DNA of 64,000 nt from Octopus sinensis (lineage: Eukaryota). Location: positions 1-64,000 of the forward strand of contig NW_021824849.1 of NCBI RefSeq assembly GCF_006345805.1, in the 5' to 3' direction. Every line of letters starts with the position of its first letter. The first letter of the stretch is position 1. The notes beneath the pieces were generated by a model. It worked only from the letters and a program-made list of their open reading frames with translations, had not been told where the DNA came from and made no database searches. A program made the translations under genes and the position numbers. Shown here one piece after another: positions 13,074 through 26,173 of this stretch.

Positions 13074-13329
13074 TAATTGTACATATATGATACGTATATG
13101 TTATATATGTATAATACATATATGTTACATATATAGTAATATAAATTATATATATAATATATAATATATATAATAAATTTCTTTTTTTTCTTCTAGCCAT
13201 ATTTCTCCCCACTATTCCTCGATTTCTCTCTCACGTACACACACATATTTGTGTATGTGTGTGCATTACAAACATGCTCTCACTTCCATATTATTATTAT
13301 CATATATATAATATATACTGATCTCAATC

Positions 13330-13532
13330 TTTGGCACAGGGCCAGCAATTTCGGGGTGGGGCTAAATTTATTACATCACCCTTAGAGCTCAACCTGTATT
13401 TATCTTCCGACTCCGAAGAGAATGAAAGCAAAGTCGACCTGGGCGGAATTTGAACTCAGAACACAAAGACGGACGAAATGTTGCTCAGCATTTTGTCAGA
13501 TGGGATAACGACTCTGCCATTTCGCCGCCTTA
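13330..13532 (-). mobile_element. SINE family B (older variant)
   Basis: GCAAAGTCGACCTGGGCGGAATTTGAACTCAGAAC...GACGAAATG. Confidence 0.8.
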
Positions 13533-13639
13533 AATGTATAAAACATATTGGTTTCAAATTTTGGCAGAGGGTCAGCAAGTTCGCAGCAGCGGATAAGTCC
13601 GTAACATCAACCCCAGTGCTCTGCCAGTTCGCCGCCTTC

Positions 13640-13935
13640 GCAGCTTGATGTGTTCAGCTACCAGCCCAAGCCCCGTTGCTCGTTAGAGTGAGAAAAGCAA
13701 CCTGTCAAGATATCAGTCGCTCTTTGTCAAGTTTACGTTCGAGCCTGTGACAGTGGAGATCTCTGGCGTCCACAGAACCCGGACCATACCCCTGCTCACC
13801 GCTGTCGAGGCAGAGATTGCGATCCGCAAAGTGCAAGCCGCGCCAGAGTGGCTCTTCCAGCGCATCTCCCTCGCCATCCTCCGAGGGCAACAACACCTTT
13901 TCCATTTTGTCTGCTGGGGGCCCTGCACACTGTTT
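13640..13935 (+). mobile_element. CRE-clade (RLE) non-LTR retrotransposon 3' fragment
   Basis: Translates FTFEPVTVEISGV...EWLFQRISLAILRG, then in a shifted frame GNNTFSILSAG. This matches the recalled CRE C-terminal signature (FEPIAVET.G...WLFQRxSxAIQRGNAFSIL). Confidence 0.65.
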
Positions 13936-14819
13936 TTTAAGATTTTCTTATTTCTGTGCGGCCCGCTTTCAAATGATCAGCCCGGTGGTTGAGGGGCGCC
14001 TGACATACAATACAAGTCAATTACTGGGACCCTATGAAATCGTCGACATTCCTTTTCTACCTTCATATTTATAACCAGCCAACCATTTATTCTGTCGGAG
14101 TGAATGAAATTTAGGATGATGAATTGACAGTATAGTAAGGAAGTTGAGCTGAAGCATTGCGGTATTTTTTCCGGCTCTTTACGTTCTGAGTTCAAATCGG
14201 TTATGGTCTATTTGTGTTGTACATTTAATACGGTAACGCCCCTCAACCACCATCTGACACCTTGGGCACTTTCAGCGGAGTTCAGTCGTTTCACACAGCG
14301 AAGCCAAGTCTCTGGTTTGAGGACGATTTCCCCCTCCTTCCTCCTTCACCTCCCCCCTCTCTGCTCCCAACAAGTTTCAAAACATGGACCTATCTGTTTA
14401 TCAATCTATCTATCTATCTATCTATCTATTTATCTATCTGTCTATCACTCTATCTATCTCTGACAGTGGCATTCTGCCCCACAGAAGTGCTAGTTCGGTA
14501 TTCTGCGCTCAAGCCATAACTAACAGGTCTACTTCGTTGGGCATCTGGACGAAGTCCTCCTTGAGTTTGTCTGGTTCCCAAAGCATCAAGTGCCGAAAAT
14601 GAACTTTCTTATTTTCCATTTTAAAGGGTTACATAATTAACACAAGTTATAGGAACATAAACCTTCTTCCACGAAAAGATAGCTTAAACTGTGCTCTAAA
14701 TGGAGGTGTAGTGAAATGCTATTTTATGGACTCAACCACGTTCTAAAATAAGTCGAAAGGTAAGCTACTATAAATTGGTACGAACTTTCCGGACAACCCA
14801 ATATTATAGATAACATATG

Positions 14820-14990
14820 CTCGAAATACGAGAGTTGAAAAACAGTCAACAACTGATGAAGGGTTGTTCTTTATGTTGTTTGTCTTGTTTTCCATTTGTG
14901 TCTTTCGTTGTTCGAAAAATAGTTTCATACCATGTACTCGCACTTCGTATTTTTTGTTGTACACGTTTCATGACGTCCTGTGCCCACATA

Positions 14991-15000
<10 letters not shown>
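14820..15000 (+). repeat. unclassified dispersed repeat H3
   Basis: CAACTGATGAAGGG...TTTCGTTGTTCGAAAAAT...ATGxCCTGT.CCCAxATATGCAT. Related copies at ~17760-18010 (+), ~43690-43890 (-) and ~55140-55460 (+). Confidence 0.7.
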
Positions 15001-15075
<75 letters not shown>

Positions 15076-15077
<2 letters not shown>

Positions 15078-15545
15078 ATACAAAATAAGAAAATGGAGAA
15101 ATACATCTAAATCAATTATCAACTACCAGATAATACCCAATCACATAATTTATTAAACCACTACATATGAACATTAAGGTCAAACATATTAATATAGAAC
15201 AAAACAGTGTAATGAAGGAGGGATATTTTTGTAAGTGTCTCATTTATAACTACATATTGACCTATCACACATGGCTAATATGAGCAAAATGAGACACCCA
15301 TATCTGCATGGCGAAACAGCTTAAGATATAGTTATATTTATATTTATATTTATATTTTTAATCTCTTATACATACTGTACTTATTGTACCATATTACTTA
15401 CTCCTTCATATACACTGTTTTGTTCTATATAAATATGTTTGACCTTAATGTTCATATGTAGTGGTTTAATAAATTATGTGATTGGGTATTATCTGGTAGT
15501 TGATAATTGATTTGGATGTATTTCTCCATTTTCTTATTTTGTATT
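15076..15545. repeat. fold-back repeat, ~145-bp arms, ~180-bp spacer
   Basis: 15076-15220 is the reverse complement of 15401-15545. Preceded by (TA)n. Confidence 0.92.
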
Positions 15546-15722
15546 ATTAATTTGTGGTAAAACATTTTACCTTTGCCTATATAATACAGTAAATGAATTA
15601 ATTGCATCGCAATTCTTAACATGTATTTACTTTGTTGGTACTTCACGAGCAGTATATTGGTATATGTTATCCCTTGGAGGGTTGCATTTACAACCCCTAT
15701 CTCAATTTGTACTGTATATATA

Positions 15723-15801
<79 letters not shown>

Positions 15802-15867
15802 CACACCTATATATATATATATCTATATATAGATGTATGTACATATACGTATGTATATATGCATATA

Positions 15868-15921
<54 letters not shown>

Positions 15922-16191
15922 ATACACATCTATGGGGGTGCACATGTGTGTGATTTATTAGTTTTTAACACACTGATAAATGTTTAAGAAACGCGGATGT
16001 CTTGTTCTTTACTATTTATTCAGGAACACGCACTAAACCAAACCAATGACAGACAGTAGAAAGTATATAGGATATACCTATGTGTGTGTGTATGTGTGTG
16101 TATCACACACCATATACATACATATACATATATACATGTATATAGTCGTATACACACAAACACACATGCACACGTAAACATATATATATAT

Positions 16192-16223
<32 letters not shown>

Positions 16224-16428
16224 TATATAAAGGAGAGTGACGTGCAGAAAACAGATGTGTGTGTTGAATAAAATCCTTACAAAAGTTCCTGATACAGTTA
16301 CAATATTGGATGACAGATTTTCTTAAATTGGAATGATTAATTATCAAAATTCTGCGCATACTCCGAAAACTTCCTTGAAAGCAATGTTTATCATTCTGTC
16401 TCTTTTTAAAGGTCATTTTTCATATATA

Positions 16429-17696
16429 CACAGACTTTTCAGAAGTAAATAGACAGCCTTATAATCGTTAAAATTTATTTTAAACTGAAATTATATATTC
16501 AAATTATTTATTAATTATTATAATGTGAATATCTTAATATTTAGTAGACATGCCCTTTTCATTTTTTCAATGCAAGGATCCTATAAGGCATGCTACTGAT
16601 CAGATCCCGAATATTCGCTTCAGGAATTTCTTGCCAATTTTCACGCAGTAATCTCAAAATATCTGGCTTTGGGAATGTTTTCTTGTTCTTTTTACGAAGT
16701 GTCCTCTCCATTATTTCCCAGAGGTATTCAATAGGGCTCATATCTGGTGACTGGATTGACCATGGGAGCTTTTTAATGCTATTCTCTTCCAACCAGATTT
16801 GAGTTTTTTAGCCGAGTGTCAAGGAACCCCATCTTCTATAAATAGTTTTCTTTAATCACTTCACCACTGGAGAAGATTGGAAGGAGTCCTTTCTGCAATA
16901 TAGGCACATATTTATATTAATTTATGTTTCCCTCACACTCCACCAGCTCTGATCGACCATTGCTCCAAATTGCTCCCCAGACCATCGTTGAATAGCCGCC
17001 GTGTTTCATTATTGGCTGCAATCTTTTCATGTCAAATTCTTAATCACAGAGTCTCCAGACCCACACTCGACCACTCACAAAAAATAAAGCAAATCTTGAC
17101 TCGTCAGAGAATGTAACAGTGTCCCAAAATACTAGTGGCCTCTCCACCATCTCACTGGCACAATCTATTCTCCTCTTGAAATTGGCTTGTCGAAGATGTT
17201 GCTTCCTTCTTACTGCTCTGCCACAGTAGCCAAGTTTGTGGACATACGTGACAGCTGTTCTGGGACTGACATCAACTTGTTCTGCTATGTCAGAGGACTT
17301 GCAACTAGGATCATCCTACATACTTCTCTTAACAAAGTGAAGGGTCTTGTCAGAGGGCCCTGGTAAACCTGGGCGAGGTGATGTGGACTCCTCCTCCTCT
17401 CTGGTGAAGTGCACCATCACCCTATTAACTGTAGAAAGCTGGATCCCCGGGGTTGCCTGCGATTTTAGGATGATTGAGTCCACCTTCAGATTGACCCACA
17501 ATATAGCGTCTTTGAAATTTGGACTGTTCCAAGGCTCTTTTTGTCCGGGGCATGATTAAACAGTCACATATAAAAACCTGAAAAATAAAAAAATCAATAA
17601 AAAATATAAACCTTTTCAAGTTAAAAATAAACATAAAACAATGTTACATGGGGTGTCTATTTACTTATGTCGTGTGTGTGTGTGTGTGTGTGTGTG
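16429..17696 (-). mobile_element. Tc1-like (DD34E) transposon, defective
   Basis: Minus strand VTFSDESRF and FIED(34 residues, one frameshift, one stop)WSIQSPDMSPIE. Imperfect TIRs share AAGTAAATAGACA (16443-16455 / 17654-17666). The right TIR has a (GT)n expansion. Confidence 0.88.
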
Positions 17697-17759
17697 TAAA
17701 AGGTTAGCTGAGTTAGAGGTTAAAATAACCGTCTAAGGGATAAAATATCTATTTATACT

Positions 17760-18010
17760 TCCGGTATAAAGGCCGAAACGTGGAGTAGATGAAACAGGGA
17801 CAACTGAAGAAGGGGAATATTCTTTATGTTGTATGTCTCGTTTCTCTGTTATTTTCGTTGTTCGAAAAATGTTCGTTTCTATGGTTTTGTTTTTATGTTT
17901 TCGTTTCTCATTGTGTTCAACGTTTTTTTGATGTCCTGTACCCATATATGCATGTATATGTACATATATATGTAGGTATGTACATATATGTATGTATATA
18001 TGCATATATT
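17760..18010 (+). repeat. unclassified dispersed repeat H3
   Basis: Similar to 14820-15000 and 55140-55460. Confidence 0.7.
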
Positions 18011-18498
18011 TATATATTATTTATATCATTATATACATATATACATACATACATACATATAAATATATATATATATATGGCGGTGCCCCAGCATGGCCAC
18101 AGCTCATGAGCTGAAACTGGAAAAATCAAAATCGAAAAATCACATATATATATATATATACATATACAGGATGCCGCAGATGTAACACCCTTTTTGCAAT
18201 TAATAACTTTTATAGTATACAAATTTATTGCATTACTTAAAGAAACGAATAATAAACTAATGAAAAAAAATCGCAGAAGTTTTAGGAAATGAAATATAAA
18301 CTCGATTAGGAACTAGAAAACTCAAATACAAAATGGCGCTACTTCTGTTGAACCCTCTATATATATACAAAGAGAGAGAATGAGAGAGAGAGAAAGGGAG
18401 AAGGATAGGGAGAAACGTACAGAAGGAAAAGAAGAGAGACAGACAGGTGTGTGCGCGCGCATGTGTGTGTGTGAGAGAGAGAGAGAGAGTGAAAGAGA

Positions 18499-18547
<49 letters not shown>

Positions 18548-19049
18548 AAGGGAATTTTGAAAGAAGTTTCTAGAAATCTAGTTTCTAAACATCGAATGTC
18601 TATGGGAATCTTCCAGAATAAAACAGTAATCAAAGGGGGTCCATAGATAAAAGAAATGGTTGAGAACCCTTGAACTAAACCCTCCAATGCAAGTCCCCCC
18701 CCCCTTCTCCCGACATGACCACTGTCCCTTAACCGAAACACTATAAACACAAAAGATATTACAGCGCAGTCAGCTCCGTTAATATTCTCCTCTAGTATTC
18801 TTGTTCAGGGAACAGTTTCAGCGCAAAGTCAAACGTCTGGGAATTATATATCACACATCATAACTCACAGTCATGTGAAGCTATTACTTAACCAACGCCC
18901 ACCCGTTAATTCATTCTGTCATACCCGATTATCCTCCGCTTCATTCTCTGATCTCCTCTCTTGCGTTCATCTTTATTCTCTCGCTATAGTCTATCTCTTT
19001 CTTCCTCGCTCATTTCATTGAATCTCTCCTACACTATCTCTCCTCTCTC

Positions 19050-19089
<40 letters not shown>

Positions 19090-19240
19090 TTTCGTCCTTT
19101 CTCTCTTCTTCCTTTGTCACTATTTTTCGGTATATAGTTTTCGTTCCAGCCCAGTAATTTTTACTTCCTGTCTTCAACATTCTGCTCCCTGTGTTGTTCA
19201 GGGACCCAGTATGGAGTGTATATATATATATATATATATA

Positions 19241-19279
<39 letters not shown>

Positions 19280-19308
19280 CATAAATATATATGTATATTT
19301 ATACATAA

Positions 19309-19355
<47 letters not shown>

Positions 19356-19400
19356 GTGTGTATATGTATATATATATGTATATGTATATATATATATATT

Positions 19401-19435
<35 letters not shown>

Positions 19436-20139
19436 GTTACTGTATGTGTTTATATATATGTGTATATATACATACATACATACATGCATATATGTATATA
19501 TACATAAGTGTACATGTATGTAAGTATCTATCTACGTATGTATATAAGTACTGGGGTCGATTTGTTGGCCTAAAACCTCGAATGCGATGCTCCAGCATGG
19601 CCACTGCCCTCAAAGGTTAAGTCGAAGAAATCGACCCCAGCACTTATTCTATCGTTCTCTTTGCCAACCGCTAAGTGATAGGCACCGGCTGTCAAGCGGT
19701 AGTGGGGGATTTCCTGCATTGTTCAATAAATATATATATATATACACGCACGCTCACACACACACACACATACACACACATACACACACACACACACACA
19801 CATATACATACATATTTAATAAATAAAACGTGCCAGAAAGAAGCACACTCTTAAGAATAGAGCAGTAATTGCATCCACAAACCCAACACCTTGTGGACAT
19901 CTCGTCAGACTATATAAGACAAAAAATTCAAAATTTGGCTTTGTGGATGCGAAACCTTGCTTTACTCTATGCCCAAGATATGAAATTTTGTTGTATATAG
20001 CGTAGGAGGGGGGGACGGATGAAAAGAGAAAGAAAGAAAGAAGGGGAATAAGGGAGGAGGAGAGAGAGAGAGAAAGAGACAGATCAAGAGTCGTACCAAT
20101 GTTAGAGAAAATATACTTACGTATAAGGACAAAAGTGTG

Positions 20140-20360
20140 GATACGGAGCCGCCATTATATATGTAAAAAGTAAAAAATATATACAAACTGGGACAAGAAC
20201 GTGAAACACCTAGAAGACGACACAAGAACCACAGGACGGGACATTCGAAGCCCTCAGTCATCAGTCAAGAACCGGATCATCTTCGCAATTTCGGCTGATT
20301 AATCTTGAGATTGCTCCGACCGGGGCAGCCCCCAAGGGAAATCTAAGCCAAGCGCATTAG

Positions 20361-20365
<5 letters not shown>
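20140..20365. repeat. unclassified dispersed repeat H6
   Basis: GGACGGGACATTCGAAGCC...AAGAACCGGATCATC.TCGCAATTTCGGCTGATTAATCTTGAGAT is shared with 36700-36910. Confidence 0.7.
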
Positions 20366-20391
<26 letters not shown>

Positions 20392-20481
20392 TAAATATAC
20401 ACACATATACATATACATATATATGTGTTTGTCCCTTTCTCTCTCTCTATATATATATATATGAATGTGTATATCTACGTA

Positions 20482-22437
20482 TGTCCTGCGTTTCAAATTA
20501 ACGACGTAACATTTTTTAAAATTTTATCTAAAATTTATTCGTTGGAATTCAACGAAATTTTAACAGAATGATGGCAACAGTTATATGCGCGTGATGTGTT
20601 AAAATCGCGAGGTTCCGTAAAACAATACAGAAGCTATGGCCATTTATCGAATTTACGTAAACTTTCACTGTTTCAAATTATTGATGAAGTGTAATTAAAA
20701 CTTATGGAAACAGGAAAATGCCAATTTAATTGTTTGATGTACATAATGAAATGAACACGGAAGAAATAGAAATAAACAAATAAACAGCCTTCGAAAATCA
20801 TAGGTGAGCTGGTTAGTAAGGATATGAGCGTTTGTTTGAAATAAATTGGAAAAGGCACTGGTCCATGGAACATACTAATTTCTGGATATCCTCTGATGTT
20901 ATACCACGGGATACATCCACAGTTCATCCTTGCTCCTAAATTAGCGTCCTAAATTAGCGTAAACTCGTCGCTTTAGAATACTCCACAAGATTTCTATTGG
21001 GTTTATGCCGGGGGAACAGGGAGGCCACTTCGTCTTCCGAGGTGCACAAAAGCCTAATTGTTGCAGCTACTCTGTAGTTTGTTTCGCTGAGTGCGAGGGC
21101 GTATTATCTTGCATGAATATTATGGTTGTCTTGAAGGTGGTCCTTTGCTTTTTTAACCGAGATTCAAGCTGCTCCCTCAGAAATGCTCTGTAAGCACCCG
21201 TAGTAATTTCAACACCGTCAGGTTCTTTCCATGGACCAACCATAATGCTTCCAATAATACCTGCTCAAATCATGATGCTTCCTCCCCCATGTTGGCGTCT
21301 CAAGCGTTGATGACGATCTCGTCCATTTACATACAACCCATCCCTTGTTCATCAAGGGTAGGTAGCAAGAATTTCCTCCGTAAAGAAAAAACTTTCGAAA
21401 AGTTGACCATTGCAAATTTGATCTTCTCCTTCTTCAGAGGAGGCATTTTAACTGATGTCGCTGCTTTACCGATCTTTTTCAGAAGACGACATCGGGTAGT
21501 TCTGGGCACAACTGTTGTTTCGCTAATGCGCTTGAATAGTTCTCCACTTGTAAGACCTGGCTTCTTTACAGCTTCACGCTTAATTCGTGACAGAGAACAT
21601 TGAGAAACAGCCTTCGACTGACCCTTGTCGGCTCTCTTACGTATCTTCGCTGGAGCTCTAACAAATTTTTTCACAGTTTTAGATATTTCTAATGCTGATT
21701 TACTTTTTTGTAAGTTCAGAAGAAATAACGGATTTCTCTGAAGCAGTTAAGTTACATTTACGACCCATAATTACACGAATATCAGACCACCCGTTAATAA
21801 TTTGGAGCACTGAAAGTTCGTGGAAATCATGCAAACGGCTACAGTTTGTTTACACTTGAGCAAAATCTCACGTTTTTTACACACCACATGCATATAACTG
21901 TTGCCAAGATTCTGTGGAAATTTCATTGAATTCCAGCGGGTAGTTTTTAAATAAAATAAACAAATAAATAAAGGCGCAGGAGTGGCTGTGTGGTAAGTAG
22001 CTTGCTTAACCAACCACATGGTTCCGGGTTCAGTCCCACTGCATGGCATCTTGGGCAAGTGTCTTCTGCTACAGCCCCGGGCCGACCAATGCCTTGTGAG
22101 TGGATTTGGTAGACGGAAACTGAAAGAAGCCTGTCGTATATATGTATATATATATATGTATGTATGTGTGTGTGTGTGTTTGTGTGTCTGTGTTTGTCCC
22201 CCCACCCAACATCGCTTGACAACCGATGCTGGTGTGTTTACGTCCCCGTCACTTAGCGGTTCGGCAAAAGAGACCGATAGAATAAGTACTGGGCTTACAA
22301 AGAATAAGTCCCGGGGTCGATATTTGCTCGACTAAAGGCGGTGCTCCAGCATGGCCGCAGTCAAATGACTGAAACAAGTAAAAGAGTAAAAGAGTAAAAG
22401 AGTAAATGTTATGTCGTTAATAATTTGAAAAGCAGTG
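20482..22437 (-). mobile_element. Tc1-superfamily DD37E (TRT-like) transposon, defective, long TIRs, SINE inserted in one TIR
   Basis: Minus strand IFMQD-NTPSHSAKQTTE*LQQLGFCAPRKTKWPPCSPGINPI-E gives 37 residues between D and E. N-terminal HTH-like ORF 21327-21674. ~220-bp inverted repeats (20482-20700 vs 21775-21972 + 22407-22437). Terminus CAGTG|TA. Confidence 0.85.
21973..22406 (+). mobile_element. SINE family A, full length
   Basis: GGCGCAGGAGTGGCTGTGTGGTAAG head, CCTTGGGCAAGTGTCTTC core, internal microsatellite, tail GGTGCTCCAGCATGGCCGCAGTC...(GTAAAAGA)n. Confidence 0.93.
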
Positions 22438-22714
22438 TAATTATATGAAACGGTTGTTGATTCATTCTAATGTTTCTAGGAGTCTCTTACACGTAAATTA
22501 ACGTGTCATCAGTCAGACAGTTTCATTAAATACAAGCTGCTATTGCTATATTCGGAAAGCTCTGGTAGGCTTAATTTTTATTTGTCAAATCAGGTCATGT
22601 GATCGTTGTTGCTGTACATCATTGAGAAAGTAGACTGCTGAACGACAACTATGTAAGCGATCTTTTGATCGTCACCAATGAATGTGGTGCGCATGTGTGT
22701 GGGTGTGAGCGCGC

Positions 22715-22723
22715 ACGTATGTT

Positions 22724-22754
<31 letters not shown>

Positions 22755-22925
22755 CAGTAGCAGCAGCAGTTGTACTAGAAGTAGTTACAGCAGCAGTAGC
22801 AGTAGCAGCAGCAGTAGTTGTAGTCGTAGTAGTAGTAGCAGCAGTAGTCATAGTAGTAGTAGTAGTTGTAGTTATTGTTGTTGTTGTTATTGTTACTGTT
22901 GTTCTAGCAGCAGCAGCAGCAGCAC
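22715..22925. repeat. (TAG)/(CAG)/(TTG) compound microsatellite
   Basis: Directly visible. Confidence 0.9.
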
Positions 22926-22978
22926 ACAAAACTGCGAGAACCAAAATGCAGGTGTAACGATGTAAAGCTGTGTACTCA

Positions 22979-23359
22979 TCTCTCTCTATATAAACGGCAG
23001 TTTGTCTGTGCGTGTTTCTGTGTGTCTGTTTGCTTGTACCCTCACCCTGACCACGGCTTTCAACCGATTCTGATGAAACTGACACACACATAGCCCAATG
23101 TCATAATTCAAAACTAACGCAGCAAAATTTTGAAAAGTTCCCCCAGTTCTGAAAAAAATCGATAAATTCGACATGGGTCGAGAATCAGGAACTCAAACCA
23201 CAAACTGTGTAGGGGACGCAACTCCACCTGTTTTAACTATCAAAAAAAATTTACCATAATTTTTTTCCATTTTTTTGCTATTTTTTGGCTATAACTCTCT
23301 AAAAATGCTTTATAGTTATTTCCCTTACAAACCCGAGCAACGCCGGGCGATACTGCTAG
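22979..23359 (+). mobile_element. non-autonomous Helitron
   Basis: A|TC 5' end at 22978/22979. Subterminal hairpin CCCG-AGCAACGC-CGGG (23332-23347). CTAG|T 3' end at 23356-23360. No TSD. Confidence 0.85.
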
Positions 23360-23792
23360 TTTACTCTTAAAACGCTCCAACCACGCTGCAACATGAAAAG
23401 CATTCACTGCGGGATTTTTTTCACGGTAAAAAAGTTTCTCTGAGTAGGAATCCGTTTGTAAAAGCACTTTCAGCCGAGTCGTAAGTAACGTCAACGTAGA
23501 CGTCCGATGTACATGCGTAAATAATAAAGCACGTTAGTAGAGTTAGAATAATTACTAGTGCACTGACATGCAAATGACAAGTGAACCATATGACAAGTGA
23601 ACGAAACCTTGGTTCGGGATTAGGTAATCCTGGCAACCATACATATATATAAGATTCTATACAATTCTACTGGGATGCGTTGAGCTCATATTTATTTCTT
23701 TTTGTTTTTACTCTACAATTTAATCAAAGACTATGTGTGTGGTGTTGTGACTATGTTTTGACTATGCCTGTATGTTTGGGTGTATAAGTACA

Positions 23793-23851
<59 letters not shown>

Positions 23852-24258
23852 ACTTACATTTGCTTTCATTTATACATTCACAAAATAAACATGCTTCTAT
23901 TTCTGTTATATACACATCTGCAATTTTCAATGATGTCATCTGATGTGTAAATGACACACAAACTCTTTCTCTCTCAACCTCTCTTTTTCTCTCTCTTACT
24001 CTCTCTCTCTCTCTCTCTCTCACTCTTTCTATCTTTATTTGTATGTCATAGCATTTCTTTTTCTTTTTTTATACCTTTGAATCTCGAGGGTGGATTCTTA
24101 TTGCGTAAGTTTAGACCACACCAAGAAGAATTTGTCACACGCGAACTGCAAAACCACAGGACGCTATCTCCTGGTGTCGTACATCTTGTATCTATCTCCC
24201 GGCCTCACACACAGACACACACACACATATACATACATATATATATAAAATTATATAA

Positions 24259-24309
<51 letters not shown>

Positions 24310-24699
24310 GGTTTAAGAGACAGAATCACCCTCAAGCAACTCAATCATCATTGAATGACATTATCCACAATAGGTACATAGGACTAAATATCAAAATTAT
24401 CAAAATATACATACGCACACACACACACACATATACATGCATGCATAATACACATACATATACATACATTATATTTACTGATGTGCATACCGTGTGTTTA
24501 TGTTTGTATGTACATCTGTTTCTGCGCGTGTTGTCACTTGATGACTTATAAAAAATTAGGTTAAAAACATACGGGAGTTCCTTATATATATATATATATA
24601 GTATTATAATCCCTTACAAAACCCTTTTTCCAAATTTTAAGCCCCCAAAATTAGGGGGTTCCTTATACACGTTAAAATACAGTAGTTGGTGATAATGGA

Positions 24700-25130
24700 A
24701 TGATTTCATGCTCTCATGACGCAAATTGCCGCTAAGGTTTTCGGCACTCGGCCGTGCTGTCCTTTGATTTATATTGACGTAAAGATACTGTTTTCAACAC
24801 CGGTACGGATACGGTAAGGAAATCTCTGTTTGTGTCTACGAGTAGCCAGGAGTCGAGCGAGGAAACTGGCGGCGATAGAGTATTGAAGTTTGTCTCTTTC
24901 GTCAGAGCCCTCATGCACATTTTTTTACCTTACCCACATTCAAGAATATAAACACGTTTTTAAGCACAACACACGCAGAGTCAAAAAGAAACACTACCTT
25001 TCACCGATACTGCGTGAACGACAGTGCTCTCTCTCCCTAGCGTGAGGCTTCCTATCTCGAAAATGTGAGCCTGCGCACAACAGCCAAACACCGCGTCGCC
25101 GGAACTGTGAAGCGCACAGTTCTATACAAG
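24700..25130. promoter_or_regulatory. CpG-enriched unique segment, candidate promoter/regulatory region
   Basis: Roughly 25-30 CpG in ~410 bp by hand count, with no recognisable repeat. Splice-donor-like GTAAGG on both strands. Confidence 0.3.
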
Positions 25131-25834
25131 GATTTTTGTATTTTTTCATAAACTAGGGATGGCTACTGACATTAAGCTTAAGGATCATATAATGTACAAG
25201 TATAAAGAAAGAATTAAAGGAAAAAAGGACTCATTATATTGAATGTTATCGATAATATCGAATGGAAATAGAGGGTGCTGCAGCTCCGCAGTGCCTATAC
25301 ATGAGCCGCCACTGCTCACTAGTTTGTACAGTCCACCTCACATTAAAAAGCGCGCAAAAAGAAAACGTGCAACATGCCCTAAATCAGTCACGTGATCAAT
25401 GAAAATTATTTCCCATTAGAATCAATTATTGATCCATTATTGGTTTTCTTTTGTAGAACGAGAGAACAGTATTTCGATTTCGTGTAGTAACATATGAAAT
25501 AATATTTATCAGAATATTTTTCCGTAACATTATTAATCCCGAAAAATAGAAATTACAGTTGGCCTCAAAGAGATTTAAACTCAGAGCGTAAAAAGTTAAA
25601 CCAGATACCACGATGCATTCTACACAACGCTTTAATAACTCCTCCAATTCTCTACCTTACTGGAGAAATATGTTTAACGAATTATTGCCAACCAGACTTA
25701 GAAAAAAGATAAAAAGCGGAAATGGTAACGACATTTCGAAATTCTTGTCTCATAGTCTTCTTCCTCTAGTCAAGTCAAAACAGTGAGAAATATCATATTG
25801 TCGTTTGTAAATATATAAATTTAATAAATTTCAG

Positions 25835-25918
25835 CTGACACACCATCGACCGTTTTTTCAATGTCCTACCGGAAACACTTTCGTGCGTGGTTTTCGCCTT
25901 TCAACGGAAGTGATATCT
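25835..25918 (+). CDS. candidate internal coding exon of an unidentified gene
   Basis: TAAATTTCAG|84 nt|GTATGT. Symmetric phase 1-1 and open: xDTPSTVFSMSYRKHFRAWFSPFNGSDI. No homology recognised. Confidence 0.3.
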
Positions 25919-26173
25919 GTATGTTTGAATTTTACGATAGACCGGACGAAACAGAAGTGTTGTTGACAATATTCTGTTATGTCCATCTATGTCCTGGGCT
26001 CAAATTCCTTCCATCGTGGTCCGACTATGGAAGTTGAAAAAACGAGATTCTATACAAATATTGAAGTTGATTTAATCGACTCTGTCCTTACATTAAATTT
26101 CATGCTACATACCAATTTTAGAAATATGAAAAAAACACATCACCTATTTTAAAAACAAAAAAAGAAATAAGTA

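Noticed and set aside
17765-17820. CTGAAGA/CTGATGA and GAAAC motifs in repeats H3 and H6 as hammerheads
   Set aside because: The core elements are in the wrong order or read GAAT, and stems I/III could not be paired convincingly.
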